Of a stretch of DNA of 64,000 nucleotides, positions 1 through 13,330 are shown in pieces; the first letter of the stretch is position 1; every line of letters starts with the position of its first letter. Under the pieces are notes generated by a model, which did not search any database, was not told the DNA's origin, and saw nothing but the letters and a program-made list of their open reading frames with translations. Made by a program: the position numbers and the translations under genes. This DNA is from Lytechinus pictus. Taxonomy: Eukaryota. Location: the NCBI RefSeq assembly GCF_037042905.1, contig NC_087251.1:24430001-24494000 (forward strand), in the 5' to 3' direction.

Positions 1-2172
1 GTTACATGCTAAAGATTCACAACCTGAAAACATCTCATAGTTTATCATTTGAGTCTCTTACATCAAAACCTTTCCCATTTTTGCTTTGGTCAATTAATAA
101 TAAATATATCTGAGAGGACAAGGACACTGGAGCGATGCAGGGAAAAAAAAAAAGAAAAATAATACAATGAATGGCGGATCTATGGCCCCAAAACAAACAT
201 CCCAAACATGAAAACCAGAGTATGAAAACATGAGAGAAAGAATCACTATAAATTTCAGGATAATGTAACATGTATTTAATTTTCATATTTTTGCTCAGTG
301 AAAACTTTATCTTATTCAAAACCCAATAAAACATGGAATATTTTGACATTTTATGGGCAGATCATCTTGAGCCTCAGAATGTTTTTTTCCTTAATTGATT
401 ACCCCCCCCAAAAAAAAAACAGTCAATACCTTCACACGAAAGAAAACAAATCTCATATTTTTTCCCTACTGTAGTGCAAAAAATAAAATAAAGGAAATTT
501 ATTAACATTACAGTATCATACTATAATTCAGATTCTATATAGATCTTTTAAACTTTGCTTGTTTCATCTAACAGTGATGTAGTTATAAAAATCTAAGATT
601 GTATTATTGTTTTCTGTTGTGTAATTCACATGATGCAGCTTCTTAGAAAGCATATGGATAAGAAAAAAATAAAGGAAAAAAATAAAACAATGAATTTTTA
701 GGAAAATGGTACAAAAATAATATTTATGATTTTAGTACATCTTGTTATGTTTCTCTAGACTCTTATCTAAAGAAGATAACTATCAGACCCCATTATCATG
801 GTCACTGGAGATGAATGGAGTAGGCTTGTCATAAAAATTTATAAATGTTCACCTTACCAAAAAAAAAAACAGTCACTGAGAAATAGTAGATTAAACACAA
901 ATTCATATATTTTACTTGGTGAAAATATTCATAAGAATCCATTTTTGGAACAAGAAACAAGCTGAAAGACTCACAAAAATGAAGAAATTCATGATTTCAA
1001 ATATTTGACATTGGACAATTGATCAAACTAAGTAAAAAAAAAAGGCAAACACAATGATTAAGATCACTATTTCTCCTTCTTTCAAGAACCTGGTATGTTA
1101 CCTCATAATGTATGTTCTGTACTGGTCCATTACCTCACAATACATATTGTAAAGGTATTCATAGGGAAAACAAAGTTTAGTTATAGGGTCGGTCGGTATG
1201 GATTTTTTTTAACCTAAACATACAATAAAAATAAAAAAATTAGAAATTTTCAAAGCTGGCTATATCATAAACATTTTTAAGGCTTCAGCTTTTAAATGCA
1301 ATCTTTTTACATGTTTTAATTGTGGATTAAAGAAAAAGGATGAGTCGGCCCCATTCCATAGCGTCTGTTGGTGGAATACAACCATACAATTTTTTTTTGC
1401 TGGGGGTGGGGAGGGCTAAATCATTGTATCTTCTGAATCTGTCGTAAGCATTCTGACTGTGCAATTTACTAGATTTTTTTTTTTTTTTTTTTTTTTGGGG
1501 GGGGGGGTGAGGGTGAATGGGGAAGACAGACGGACAGACATGGAAAGAAATAGAGAGACATGGAGAGATGGAAAGAGATATGGAGACAGATATAAAGAGC
1601 ACTCCTCTTCCGCACCTAGTCCAACCTGGCACGAGAAGCTTTTTGGTAAATAGCTATTTATCATCTACGATTAGACAGGCTCCACGAATAATGCAATACT
1701 CATTAACATTTCACTTAGACACTATTCATAATTAATGAACATACATCACCAAGTTCTTGAGTTTGCTTGGATAAAACACAGGCACCCCACGCCAGTGGTG
1801 GAAGGTGCCACAACACAATTTGCACAGTGGTGCCAAATCAAGAAAAACACAACTAGAATTACAAATGTATGTCTTTGTCAAACAAGCTGTAGCTCTACTG
1901 ACATCCATTACTACATAATATTACTACTTTATAATGCTAACTTTGTTTCTTTGTAAAGAAGTTTGCTAAAAATGTTCTGAATATATGTTGTATAATATCT
2001 TGGTCATTCATAGTGCTGTAAAATTGTAATAACATAGAATGAGAGAATATCGAGGAGAAGGTCGTAGAAAAAACAATAGAAGAAAAATAACAATAAGAAA
2101 AGCAAGGAGGATGAAGAATAAGTAGACAGCATGTGATTAGTTAGCATGATTTGAAAAAATACTACTTTGGTG

Positions 2173-2883
2173 CAACAAAAACCCCAATAACTATCACTGA
2201 AGGTGATTAATACCCCCGCCCTGCGCCGTTACCAGGGCAACAGTTTCCAACACATGGAAAACATGTGTCTTGCCCATCTTTACCCCAAGACCTGTTATGA
2301 GCAAAATATCATGAGAATTGGTTAAATACTGATGTAGTTCAAACTGCAAGATTTTTGCCTTAATTTTTGACATATAACAATGCAAAAATATGTCCTATAC
2401 ATCTTTACTTCAAGACCAATGTGAGAGACAAATCTCATAAGAATTGGTTGAAAACTAATCAAGTTATTCACACCGATAGATTTTTACCAAATTTGGGGGC
2501 TATAGGTTGTTACCATGGCAACACAATTTCTGACACAAAAAATATGTGTCTTGCACACCTTCACCTCAACCCCAATGTGTGAGCCAAATTTCATGAGAAT
2601 TGGTTGAAAATTGATGAAGTTATTAAAACTGCAACTTTACCTTATTCTTGGCAAAATATACCGTCACCATGGCAACACAATTTCGACACATGCGAAGTGT
2701 GTCTCGAACATCTTCACCCAACACCATAATGTGTTCCAAGTTTCATGAGAATTGGTTAAAAAGTGAGGAAGTAGTTCGATGCGCAAGATTTGCAACGGAC
2801 CGACTGACCGCCCAACCGTATGCTGATTCCTATATAAATAATACAGTACCCCCTTCAAGCATCGTTTGGCGGGGGTATAAAAA
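2173..2883. mobile_element. Non-autonomous Helentron/HINE-like (DINE-1/Tsp/pearl-type) element with internal tandem array
   Basis: Subterminal inverted repeat ATACCCCCGCC (2210-2220) / GGCGGGGGTAT (2868-2878). Terminal stem-loop with TACCCCC at ~2847. About four diverged ~140-155-bp units carrying GTYACCATGGCAAC...TTTCATGAGAATTGGTT. Family assigned on structure only; left boundary approximate. Confidence 0.65.
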
Positions 2884-4043
2884 TCTTACAGAAGCCAATA
2901 TGCATAGATCAGTTCAGACCTTTGTTCTGTGAACTCTTCATTCTAAGTTTACCTGTATTTTAGTGTAATATACCTAAACACAAAAAATAATGAAAATCTG
3001 TATTTCATTTTTCAATTTATCATGCAGAACCCGTTTAGAGAGGGATAGAAGTGGAAAATGCTACGATGGATACACAGGTTTCAGTAAACAAAAGGAAAAT
3101 ATTTTTTTCTATTCCAATATCTATCACTGTAAAAAAAACTGTCAATAAATTTAGGTTCCCTTCTGAGATGATATAGACCTTCATTAGTAGATATTATGTA
3201 ACATTCAGCCATGACCCACCTGCCCCCCTCCCCCCAAACCAAAAGCATGGCCAATGATCAATCAATCTCATTACTACCTACCGGACTACACATATTGCAT
3301 AATAAGTAATTTGCACTTTCAAGATCAATTTTACAAATTCACTGCCGCAAGATCGATGCAGTGGTCAGCAATGTATTTTATTTCTCACAGCAGTCAGCAA
3401 TATCACTTCTCACTGCAGTCAGTGAAATATATTTTATTAGAGCCCGAAGACAAAAATCCAGGGACCGTTAAAACTGTTACGCTTGGTGGTGTATAATGGA
3501 GTGAATGAAATCATGAAGTGGCATGGGCATCATTTGTAATAATAGCTTCAAATACAAGATTGCATGTAGATCACAGGATGTGATCATTGATTACGTAATC
3601 TGAAAGAGATGATATATCTCAAATGAGACAAAAAAATATAATCATACTACTCATGATCTCATTCACTGAGTAACTACTAGCTGCAAAGATTTTACATTGT
3701 AATAGGTTCTCAAAAGAAGCACACATAATAATGGCTAGTTTAAGCAAGAATGCATTTTGGTGCCAGCGTACCTATAGAATAAAGGCAAACCAAGAAAATG
3801 TATTCTAAGAGACTAACTAGAGAAGTAAAGAAGGGCAAAGAGTGAAAGAAATCATTTTCAAGAAACATTTACTATTTTTTTCATTTACCTGAATAAAATA
3901 TGAGGATGAAATTAAAGTTGATTGAATGTTAAGAATCATGTGAGCTGATAATACAGATTTCAAGATTTCGGGGTGGTTTTTTTTTCTTGTAATGACTGCA
4001 GAAAATGTTCCTTCTTTCTTTGGTGGGTGTAAATGCATTTCCA

Positions 4044-4186
4044 TCAAGTTTTCTTTCTTGTGTGAAACTGCTGCTCATGTTGTAGTGTCAATTTGAGGCT
4101 CGTGAAAGAAGAACTGTGGCCAGCCTGAGGGCAGTCAACAGGAGCGTTGGGGTCAGGCTTGATTGTAAATGTCAACAGTAGACTAC
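4044..4186 (-). CDS. INO80: Candidate terminal coding exon of INO80 (uncertain)
   Basis: Two phase-1-compatible acceptors. ctcag|GT at 4186 reads GSLLLTFTIKPDPNAPVDCPQAGHSSSFTSLKLTLQHEQQFHTRKKT* (stop 4046-4044). ctgccctcag|GC at 4124 reads GWPQFFFHEPQIDTTT* (stop 4077-4075). I recognise no homology for either. Confidence 0.3.
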
Positions 4187-4677
4187 CTGAGCCAACGCTT
4201 CTTCAATCAGCCATTTACTCACCTTATTACCTCACCTAGCCACTTATTTGGCTAAGGTGTGTTCACATAGACTATACAATCATTTGATGCCTGCACATGA
4301 AATAGTTAGCACCCACTAATATAGATGTAAATTGAAAACCATGTTGAATAACATGAAACTGAATAGATGATGCATTTAAAGGAAATAACAAACCTAACAA
4401 AAACATGCAGAATTAAGCAGTAGTTCAATACTTCAGTAATGCCACAACTATAGTATTATCAGAAAAGAACAATTAGTCTTCTATACTTTTCGGCAAATTT
4501 GGAAATTAAAATTTTATTTCATGACAGTTTAGAACACTGAATTTAACCCCAAACCTAGAATAAACATACCCTAACCACAACTAAAGATTGAATCCCATAC
4601 TAAAATGAAGCAAAGAACTATTATTTCTATTGCAAACATTGGGTCTAAGACAGAAAAGACCAGAATGTTTCACTCAC

Positions 4678-4878
4678 CAACCAAATTGAAGCCATATGCA
4701 GCATAAGCAGCCGCAGTTCCTGCTACAGCCCCTGCTCTAGCTCCAGCCATAGCTGCTGCAGCTATTCCTTTCCCTCTTCTACCGATCCTCTGACTGGTCT
4801 TCTTGGATACTCCTGGGGTCTGCTTGGCCCTTGTGCCTCGACCTACCCCAACGCGAGATTTACCAGCAGGGGAGTATT
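4678..4878 (-). CDS. INO80: INO80 exon G (201 bp, phase 1 to 1), C-terminal tail
   Basis: Acceptor ttctttctag|AA and donor G|gtgagt. Reads (E)YSPAGKSRVGVGRGTRAKQTPGVSKKTSQRIGRRGKGIAAAAMAGARAGAVAGTAAAYAAYGFNLV, matching the human INO80 tail motif AAAMAGAKAGAAAASAAAYAAYGYN as recalled. Confidence 0.93.
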
Positions 4879-6176
4879 CTAGAAAGAAGAAAAAATGTTG
4901 GAGATGTACTTATTAAAATCAAGAAGCTATACTCCTCCTTGGATAATACTAACAACATCACATTGGGTAAGCAAATTAAATATCCGTTTCTCCAAGACAC
5001 ACCCTGATTTTTTTTTTTTTTTTTTTACATCTTACTCTATTCAGAGAAATGATTAAACTCTGTAGAGAATCACATTATGTTAAATAAAATCTGTTTTGAA
5101 GCTTTAACATTACAAAAATGTTGAGATGAATGAAAAATGAGAGAAAAACTAGTTATTTCCTTTTTGCCTGCAAGGCAAACCATATTTAACTAGTACTTAA
5201 GTGATTATATAATTGATTCTTATCCCTCTATGCCAAGTACCAACTTCCAATAAGAACTTTGAATAGTAATATTGTAGTAATCACTTTCTCTCTTTCATAC
5301 ATTTCTGATTAACTTGTATCTATGCAGGACCTTATATAGTCTCTTTAGGAATTATGAATAAAAGGCTGCACGTCATTCATTAATGAAAACATATACAACT
5401 AAGATGCGTTTTCAGTCAATTCTAGAATAAAATGAATTTGATCAATATATCAGCCACGACCATTCATCCAAACCATAGCAAAGCAAGTAACGAATTGGAA
5501 ACATATTACTCCTCTTAGCAACAGCAATTAATATAAACAAAATTATATTACACATTTATGCTGTTTGCAGCGCTATATTTATGAACTGTACATTTATATC
5601 AGTGCCACAGTTCAGTTGTCCTTGCTATTATTATGCACATCCATTGTCCTTGTAGCTCATGAAAACACAATGACGTACCAGCAACACATGAAACTGCACT
5701 GATTTTATATTTCTGTCCAAATATCAAGTTTCCTTTTAATTTGTCACATAATGTACCAATCAAGTAATCATAAACACATGATTTCAGACAAATTGATGTC
5801 AGGGGATATTAGAAATCTGTTTGAATAGTGCTTGTTAAAAGGCAATTTTGCTTTATCACACATATCTTTGTTACAAAAATACTTTCCTCTATCAAGCACT
5901 ACTGATTTTTTTTCTTCAAAAAGTTGTCATGCCATATCACTGCCCACACCAAATAATAAAAACATAGTCCCTCATTTTGTATTTAGCACTTAACCTTAAA
6001 TTATTTAAAGAAATATAACAATAATAAGCATCAGAGTGTACACAGTGCTATCTAAGTAAGATATGGAATTCTTTTTCATGAAGTGACACGTTTATAATTT
6101 CACTTCCTTACCACAGAGCTAATAAGGCCACATCCTTGTCAAAAGATATGTGTAAATAACATCTATATATTTGTGT

Positions 6177-6550
6177 ATAATGGGTCCACAGAGGTGATTG
6201 GTCCAAATGTTATAATTAGCCTATTTCTCTCTATGGCCCCCTTCAAAACACTGATTCCACATCAAATCCACTTTTTTTAAAAAAATTGATACATAATTGT
6301 TTCTGGTTGGATGAGTTTGTTACTCAAATTCTCATTCAAAAATCATTTTTCTCTCAATAGTGGACACTTTGGAACTGCTTTTCAATAATGGATCCACACA
6401 GGTGATTGGTCCAAATCTGCGAATATCGACTGCAACTTTTATACTGTTTCCACATCAAATGCACATTTCGTTTTTTAATTGATACATAATTGTATCTGAT
6501 TGGATGAGTTTGTTACTCAAATTTTCATTCAAAAATTATTTTTCTTTCAA
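6177..6550. repeat. Diverged ~209-bp tandem duplication
   Basis: TAATGG(G/A)TCCACA(G/C)AGGTGATTGGTCCAAAT...TTGGATGAGTTTGTTACTCAAATT occurs from ~6178 and again from ~6386. Confidence 0.85.
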
Positions 6551-6698
6551 AACCCCTAAATGCAGTCCCCAATGTGATACCCGTTACACCTTACTACTCA
6601 TTATCTGAATTATCAAGCTATAAATAGGTTTTTATCTAATATTGCTTGACAATGATTTATTGCCAGTGACTGGTTATATTAAACATACTAGCTCATCT

Positions 6699-6825
6699 AG
6701 GGAGCATTTCATGAAATAAATAGTGATATGAACTGTTATAAGCTACTGAAATCCTTGCATCTGATTGGCTGAGAGCAAATAAGTCAGTGAAAATCACTGA
6801 TAAAACTCTTCATGAAATGCTCCCC
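6699..6825. mobile_element. Short MITE
   Basis: Termini (G)GGAGCATTTCATGAA / TTCATGAAATGCTCCCC. Internal GATTGGCT box is shared with relatives at ~58.3 kb and ~60.9 kb. Confidence 0.7.
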
Positions 6826-8039
6826 TTAGTGTAGTGTACAGGAGAGAGAAATGGGATATACTCATATTGAAATACAGTATGAGACAACAAACTATTTTTT
6901 TCTTCTATTATTTTGGTGTGAAAAAATTGATGTCCTCTATAAAAAAACAAATTGACTTTTTTCGTAACAAAAGAGATAATGAAACACTTGCAAAATTTTG
7001 TTATAATAGAAGAACATATAACATACACATAAAAAAAAACGGTGTTTAATGTAATTTTTTTCTCGTTTTAATTGTAAAACGGCAATTGAGCAATGTAGTG
7101 TTGTTTGTCATGGAAGAGAAATGTTACACATTACATCATAACCCTACCACTGCAAACACTGGAAACTGTTCTACTGAATTCAGAAAGCAAGAAAATACAT
7201 CCATTAACAATAAATGTCTAATTCTAAAACAAATATGATTGTGCTGATGCTGACTCAGAGCTCTTGAGTGCCTCGTTACAACGATACGAAGTTGGCAGGC
7301 ATAGCTATCCTTCAATAAAACATATTAAGACACACATTAGCACTGATGAATGACATAGATTAAGATGATGGAGAATGAGCAACCTCAATTCACAGAAACT
7401 CTCAAGTGTTGTGAATGACACAAGAGAATCTTCTTCATCTACAAAACTCAAGGTGCAAAGGAAAGGAAACAAGGACGGAAAGAGAGAAAAAGAGAAAGTG
7501 AGACAGAAAGAGAGATAGAGAGGGTGAGAGATACAGAGATGGGAAGCAAATGCACATTATATGCTTTATAAAGACTAAATATTGCACTTATTTAGATTGA
7601 AAAAAAAAATCTAGAAATGATACAAAAGGGGAAAATAGGTAAAAAAGGAATGGAAACAAAAGGTGTGGTGATTGGGGGTTGATGAGCAAATATGGAGACA
7701 GCGTGTCAAAAGACAGCTGAAGAACTGAAAAAAGAAAAAAATGAATAAAAAGGTGAAAAAAGAAGGAAGAGAGTGAAAACAAGAGTCACAGAAGGTTTGA
7801 TCTTCAACTATTGAAATGGACTATCACATGTACGGTCAAATCAATAGTGACCAATTCTGGAGGGTAACGCGAAAAAAGGCACAATTTACGAGGATAAGCA
7901 ACAATTTCACTCTCCTGAAAGCACTATGCAAACCAATTCCTGAAAGTCCAATTTGATCTTATTGCTTTTCACTAACCGGCAGTGATAAAATGCTATCCTG
8001 TAGAGAGGGCACTGGCCACTACGAGCCATTTTCACCTTC

Positions 8040-8240
8040 ATTGAGAGGATATGATGGTTCTGAGAAAAGAGCGGGGGCAAGGCTCTGAATAAAAAAATCC
8101 CACAAGATGAACTAAGCAGGATGTAGGTCACGCGAAATGACATTCGACCAGGAACCACGTTCACTTCTAGGTAGGAAGGATGCAATCGGTTTTCATAAGT
8201 ATTTTTCAGGAGAAATGCCAAAGAGAGGATACTTCCATTA
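8040..8240. promoter_or_regulatory. Candidate enhancer: Ets cores plus Hes-type sites
   Basis: N-box CACAAG 8101-8106; class C site CACGCG 8129-8134; GGAW cores CAGGATGT 8117-8124, CAGGAAC 8149-8155, AGGAAGGATG 8173-8182 and ACTTCC 8231-8236. Motif evidence only. Confidence 0.45.
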
Positions 8241-11117
8241 CCAGATTAATCAAATCTTCTTGTCCGAATGAATTAATAGTGGAATTTCAAGTAATTAAAA
8301 ATAAAATGACAATAATAATGGTTTAATTTTTTCCCCCATTGACAAAGTACATATTAGCTAATATGATGTATCTCACTTTTTAAGAATATATTTTCCATTA
8401 TGAATCATTTCTTCAGACCAATGTCCTGTCACTCCATCTTTCTCTCTCTCTTCCAACTATCAATAGATAACTTTTCTAGCAAAATCCCCTGAAGAACATG
8501 AGGGGTAAACATTATTCAGCCAATGATTTCATGAAGCTTCAAAATATATTGATAAAAATCATTTCTGGCAAAACCATAATAATTCATTGAATCGTCACAG
8601 ATTTGATAAATTTCTCTTTGCTTAATACCACTCTACCTTACTCCCATCTTTCCTTTACTTAATGAAGGTTGAATTTTTATACATATAGTACATCTCACTC
8701 TCTCTCTCTCTTTTTCTTTGCAAGCTTTCCTTTCAAGCTGGTATCACCCCATGAAAAGCTGGCAGATCATTGGAGAATGCGGGGCATTCCAACGACGTGA
8801 ACTCCACAGACCCTGGCCGCCTGCATCCGCATAGCTCTGCTCCCGTCGAAAAAAGGAAAAGAATAGATAGGAAAAAGGAGGCAGAAATATTTCCCATTAT
8901 GATTTAAGGGATGTTTGGATGAAGAGGACTGCACAGCAAGCTAACAACCCTGGATGCGCTCTTCCAATTGTGTGGGCCAGAAATCCTCCCCATTTCTGCA
9001 TCATTTCTTTTTCCCTCTCTGCTCAGCATGGCATTTTTCCCCTTTCCCCCATACTCGTCATAACATAGAGGTGTAAGCTTTCAAGAAGAGTTACACTTTA
9101 CCGTTGTGATGACTGCACTCTACTCAAAGATGCCAACATTTGTTGTTGTTATTGTTGTTGTATCTCTTTCCTTGCCATACATATCCAAGTTTCAAATAAA
9201 GATAATTATAATCTAAACTTCTAAAAATTCATAATTGTAGGATTTTAAAGAAACATTCATAAAACAATCCAATTTGAATTATTGTATCTGATTGATCTTC
9301 ACCCTTTTTCTTCATATCCTTGTCAATGCCATGACTTTGTATAGGATAACACTCATCCCACAACAAGTCAATCAAGTCTTGAGCAATAGAACAAGATAAC
9401 TAAAGATGGAGTTATGGCAAAATATAAAATCTTATATTATAATTACATGAAGAAGCTTAATGGTGATCAAAATGTAGGAAATCATTTCATTTTAAATGTA
9501 ATAGGGGGGGGGGGGTCACTTTTTTTGCCTGTACAATCCAAACCTTTGGCATATAATGCCAATTGAAAATGGATATTCTTCAATGAATTGCAAGTCATGA
9601 TCATGATCTCTAACACAGGTTTTTTTTTCAGTAAACCAAATAAGACATTTTTATACCATAGGGATCATAAATAAATTTTTAAGAAGGTTAAAACACTATC
9701 TGCATTATAATGGAAACAAAATCAAGATAAATGCACTTGGGGCAAAAAAAAACCAAAAACACAAGACATCAGAGCCATACAACAAAATTGGTTACAAAAA
9801 TAAAAACAGATTGCAGCTTGTTGCTCTTGGTTTGCAATGAGACTAAGTTACCCACATTTATACAACCGACTCATCTTCATAGCCCCTGTAACATTTAAGA
9901 GATACAATCAATATTTACTATCAATTGTAACTTGTTTGTACCATTGCCTTACAGGTAACAATTCATCATACAATTGATTGTATCTTCTCATGTAACTGGA
10001 CCCTGATATAATAAGCTGAGTACTATGGTGAATAGTTTCATATCTACTGTAGATTACTGGGGCCCTGTTACACTGATCATTGTTACTATAGATATTGTGC
10101 TAACAGCAAATAATCTGACATGAATTGAGAAGCTTGTAAGTTTTTTTTTAATGTGTTGTTCTATTTTTTTCTGAAACAGGACTCTGGATAACGAATGTAT
10201 TTTCTGGAAATTGCCACTATAATTCTCCTTACGACCTTTATATAATAAAAGTCGTAACTTGTATAATAATTAATAATTGCATGAAACCAAATAATAATTC
10301 ATAATTGCATGAAATCAAGATAATAATGTATCATTGGTTCATGATCTTTTACATTCCTACTGAAGCAAGGTCATGGGGGGTAAGTTAATTATTTTAAACA
10401 ACAATGAGGAATTTCCTAAGGGTTGAAAGAAATGAGTGTGTGAAGGCAACAAATTTTACTTTGAAATATATCGCAGAGGGCTCTTTTGCTCACAGATCTT
10501 TGCTATTTTAACAATTACAGTAAATTACCTGGAGAAACAATGATTTTGAGCAACATGTTATCACAATTAAGTCACAATGCCTTTTATCATAAAGAACTAC
10601 AAAGCAAGATTAGTAAACAGTAGTCCTGCCTGGATACTCGAAGCCAAAGCTACAATAATCAATTATCATTTTATCTATCCACTTCCGTTCACAATCCTTT
10701 CACATGTTTTATATTAAACTCCATCCTCAATAATAAAAAAAAACACCCTACTTATTGATATTTAATTCCTAATTTCTAAGTATCACCCACGCATTCTACA
10801 ATCATGAGAGAGTTCATTAGGAGCTTACTTAGTCAACCATTTGATATAGCCAAATAGGATGTATCACTTAATGATGTACGCTGCACTATATTGATACATT
10901 GGAACAACTCCCACACATTCCGGAAAAGCAATTGACATTAAGCAATATGTAACTTTCATTATACATGTAATCACATGATATGACCATCACAAACATGATG
11001 AATTTTGGCTTTATATAAAGAATACTTCCGAAACAGTTCCCTGAATCACCCGAAACTAGCATCTACATACCCATTAGCTTTATATGACCCATAACTACAT
11101 GTAAGATCCGTTATTAT

Positions 11118-11523
11118 AGAGTACCGAAGCGATGACGTCAGTTGCCATGGTGTCATGTCAGCCTGGTTCTAAACAAATGAACCCAGGGGCCGTTTCATAA
11201 AGCTGTTCGTAAGTTAGGACCGACTTTAAGAATGACTGGTGATTCTTCTTACACACTAAACCATCGCCAATTTATTATACCATTTACCACAAGAAAGGAT
11301 CACCAGTCACTCTTAAAGTCACTCGTAACTTACGAACAGCTTTATGAAAAGGTGCCCTGTTATGACTCTCAGAATGTTGGTAACAACCGGGGACAAAACA
11401 CCCGGGCAAAACATATCACCATATTTGCAAATACAAATGTGTATAGATGATCATGCAGCTGCAACTCAGTTTAGAACCAGCTGATTCGTTGTCATGACAT
11501 GACATCACACTTGATTACTCTAC
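11118..11523. mobile_element. Nested pair: older inverted-repeat element containing a MITE at ~11186-11358
   Basis: Inner TIRs GGGGCCGTTTCATAAAGCTGTTCGTAAGTTA / TAACTTACGAACAGCTTTATGAAAAGGTGCCC. Outer imperfect IR TAGAGTA...TGTCATGTCA..CTGGTTCTAAAC / GTTTAGAACCAG...TGACATGACA...TACTCTA. Confidence 0.7.
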
Positions 11524-11936
11524 TCCTTTTCTACCATATTGAAGACAAAAATCTTATATCTCTGAAAATTAACAAGATGGCTCATCTAAAAAGATTGCAA
11601 TTATGTATCTTAATGTTTTTATGGGAAGATAAATTAATAATAAAATATTGAAAGATAGATTAATTTCTTTGTTAACTACTTTTATTGTTTATCTAATTCT
11701 ACGAATATTTTGTTATGATCCACTGTGGCACTGTTCAATGGCAAAACTTCTGTTTGCCACTCTCCACCCAGGTGTAACTAAGCAACTGATATGCTGGAGT
11801 GCTGGTCACTTTGGCAGCTCCGCTCTGACTGGGGATATACTGTTGAATGATGTTTACTAGCAGTGATAACTATTACTATTAATAGTATGGTGTGAAGTTG
11901 TTAACAACATTGTACCACAAGGAGTTTTAAACTTAC

Positions 11937-12066
11937 CATCACCCTCTATTGACTGGCTTGGGGAGGATTCATCAACGATGATGAGACCATCGTTACTGTT
12001 TTCATCCTGAGGTATTGGGGTTAAGGATAAGGAATGGGCGTGATTGCTCTCGCTACCAACAGATAC
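11937..12066 (-). CDS. INO80: INO80 exon F (130 bp, phase 0 to 1)
   Basis: Acceptor tcttttcag|GTA and donor G|gtaagt. Reads VSVGSESNHAHSLSLTPIPQDENSNDGLIIVDESSPSQSIEGD, similar to human ISISSELHTGSIPLDESSSDMLVIVDD as recalled. Phases fit both neighbouring exons. Confidence 0.9.
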
Positions 12067-13029
12067 CTGAAAAGACATGGTAGAACAAGATGGAGAAAAT
12101 CTTCAATAAATACATATATTGAGAATGATGAGATATGGCTGCTTAAGCTAGCTCTTGAAACAGTCAATGAAGCGAAAAGATATGCACCATTTAATTGTTA
12201 AAAATCTTCAATTTGTCATTTGGGTATAATAATATGGTAAAGACATGAACCAAAGACTTTGTGGGTCAGCATTTAGAGAGAAAAAAGGGAGCTTTCTTGA
12301 AGTTTGGAAGCAAAAATATTCATTCATGGATGCATCGCTACATTCAAAATTCAGAGCACAATTTCAATGCTGATGACACCACATTCACGATGGGAGAATA
12401 ATGAGCCTGATTTTCCACTTGGGAGTTGAATCGATGACTGGGTAAAAGATGGAGGGATGCAGGATAGCGGCACTAATACGGCCATTAGCACAAATGAAAC
12501 ATGAATGAGCCTTTGATAAATGAGACATGTTCATTCAGCTGAAGTCGATTATTAGAACGATGGCCCTTCTAGTTCATTGTCTGCTATTTCTTCTGACTTA
12601 AAAATTAGTTCAACACACACTCTGAATTCTACAAATTATGCAAATCTCACCTCCCCTCCATTCCTTACCACACATGAAAGGAAATTATAAGTTTTGAAGA
12701 AAAGAAAGAATAAGGAATAAACGTTATGGCTTTAATATACAAAACGTATTGTGGCTTTTTATTGCCCGAGCGTAAAATGTGCGCTGCATCTCATTCTACT
12801 TAGAAATGACTGGGTGGTATTTGCAATTTTTTCTTTGTTGTCATGATATTGACAAAGATGGTGAAATACACAGAGAAGGAGAGCACACGCTGGAGAAGGA
12901 AAAACTGTTCATATCGATCCTGAATTTTCATTTTCAATAGTTCTTGTACAAAGGAGACTTTTTTTCTTTCGTCAAATGATTGATTGCCTCAAACCTTACA
13001 CCAATCAAATCTCAGGAATGCAGAGAGAC

Positions 13030-13330
13030 AGTCCCACTAAATCAATTTCATGTTTGCAACCCATGCATATCACTGCAGTTACGCCAAGAACGAAACGGAA
13101 GACGGGAGCGCGTGAGAGGAGCAGAGCAGCAAGGACGTACTTGAATGCTCAGAGGCGCGCCAATTCGTGACAAGCATTCACGATTTGATGTGGTAATAAA
13201 CATAGCGGAGTTGACTCTTGACGCAAGATGGATGAGAACGGAAGGGCCTGGGTAAGAGGCTGGGTGAGAGAGGGAGAAAGAGAGAGCCATCATTCAGCCT
13301 TGATTGCTAGGGTAAACAGAATGTGAGACT
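13030..13330. promoter_or_regulatory. Candidate enhancer: Ets + Hes class C + Runx motifs
   Basis: CpG-rich island with ACGGAAG at 13095-13101 and 13238-13244, CGCGTG (CACGCG on the minus strand) 13109-13114, TGTGGT 13189-13194 and Fox-like ATAAACA at ~13196. Confidence 0.45.

Noticed and set aside
1..2170. Left end as the 3' UTR of INO80 or of a convergent Delta gene
   Set aside because: AT-rich with poly(A)-signal-like words on both strands; no coding exon visible and not assignable without transcripts.
8750..8850. Extra INO80 exon in the GC-rich patch between exons F and G
   Set aside because: No convincing splice-site pair; F and G already join in frame.
10527..10530. ttgtttctccag|gtaatt as a recursive splice site
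   Set aside because: Plausible motif, but expected by chance in introns this long; needs junction data.
11740..11800. SINE-like CTCTCCACCCAGGTGT fragment
   Set aside because: Too short and degraded; no A/B boxes to define an element.
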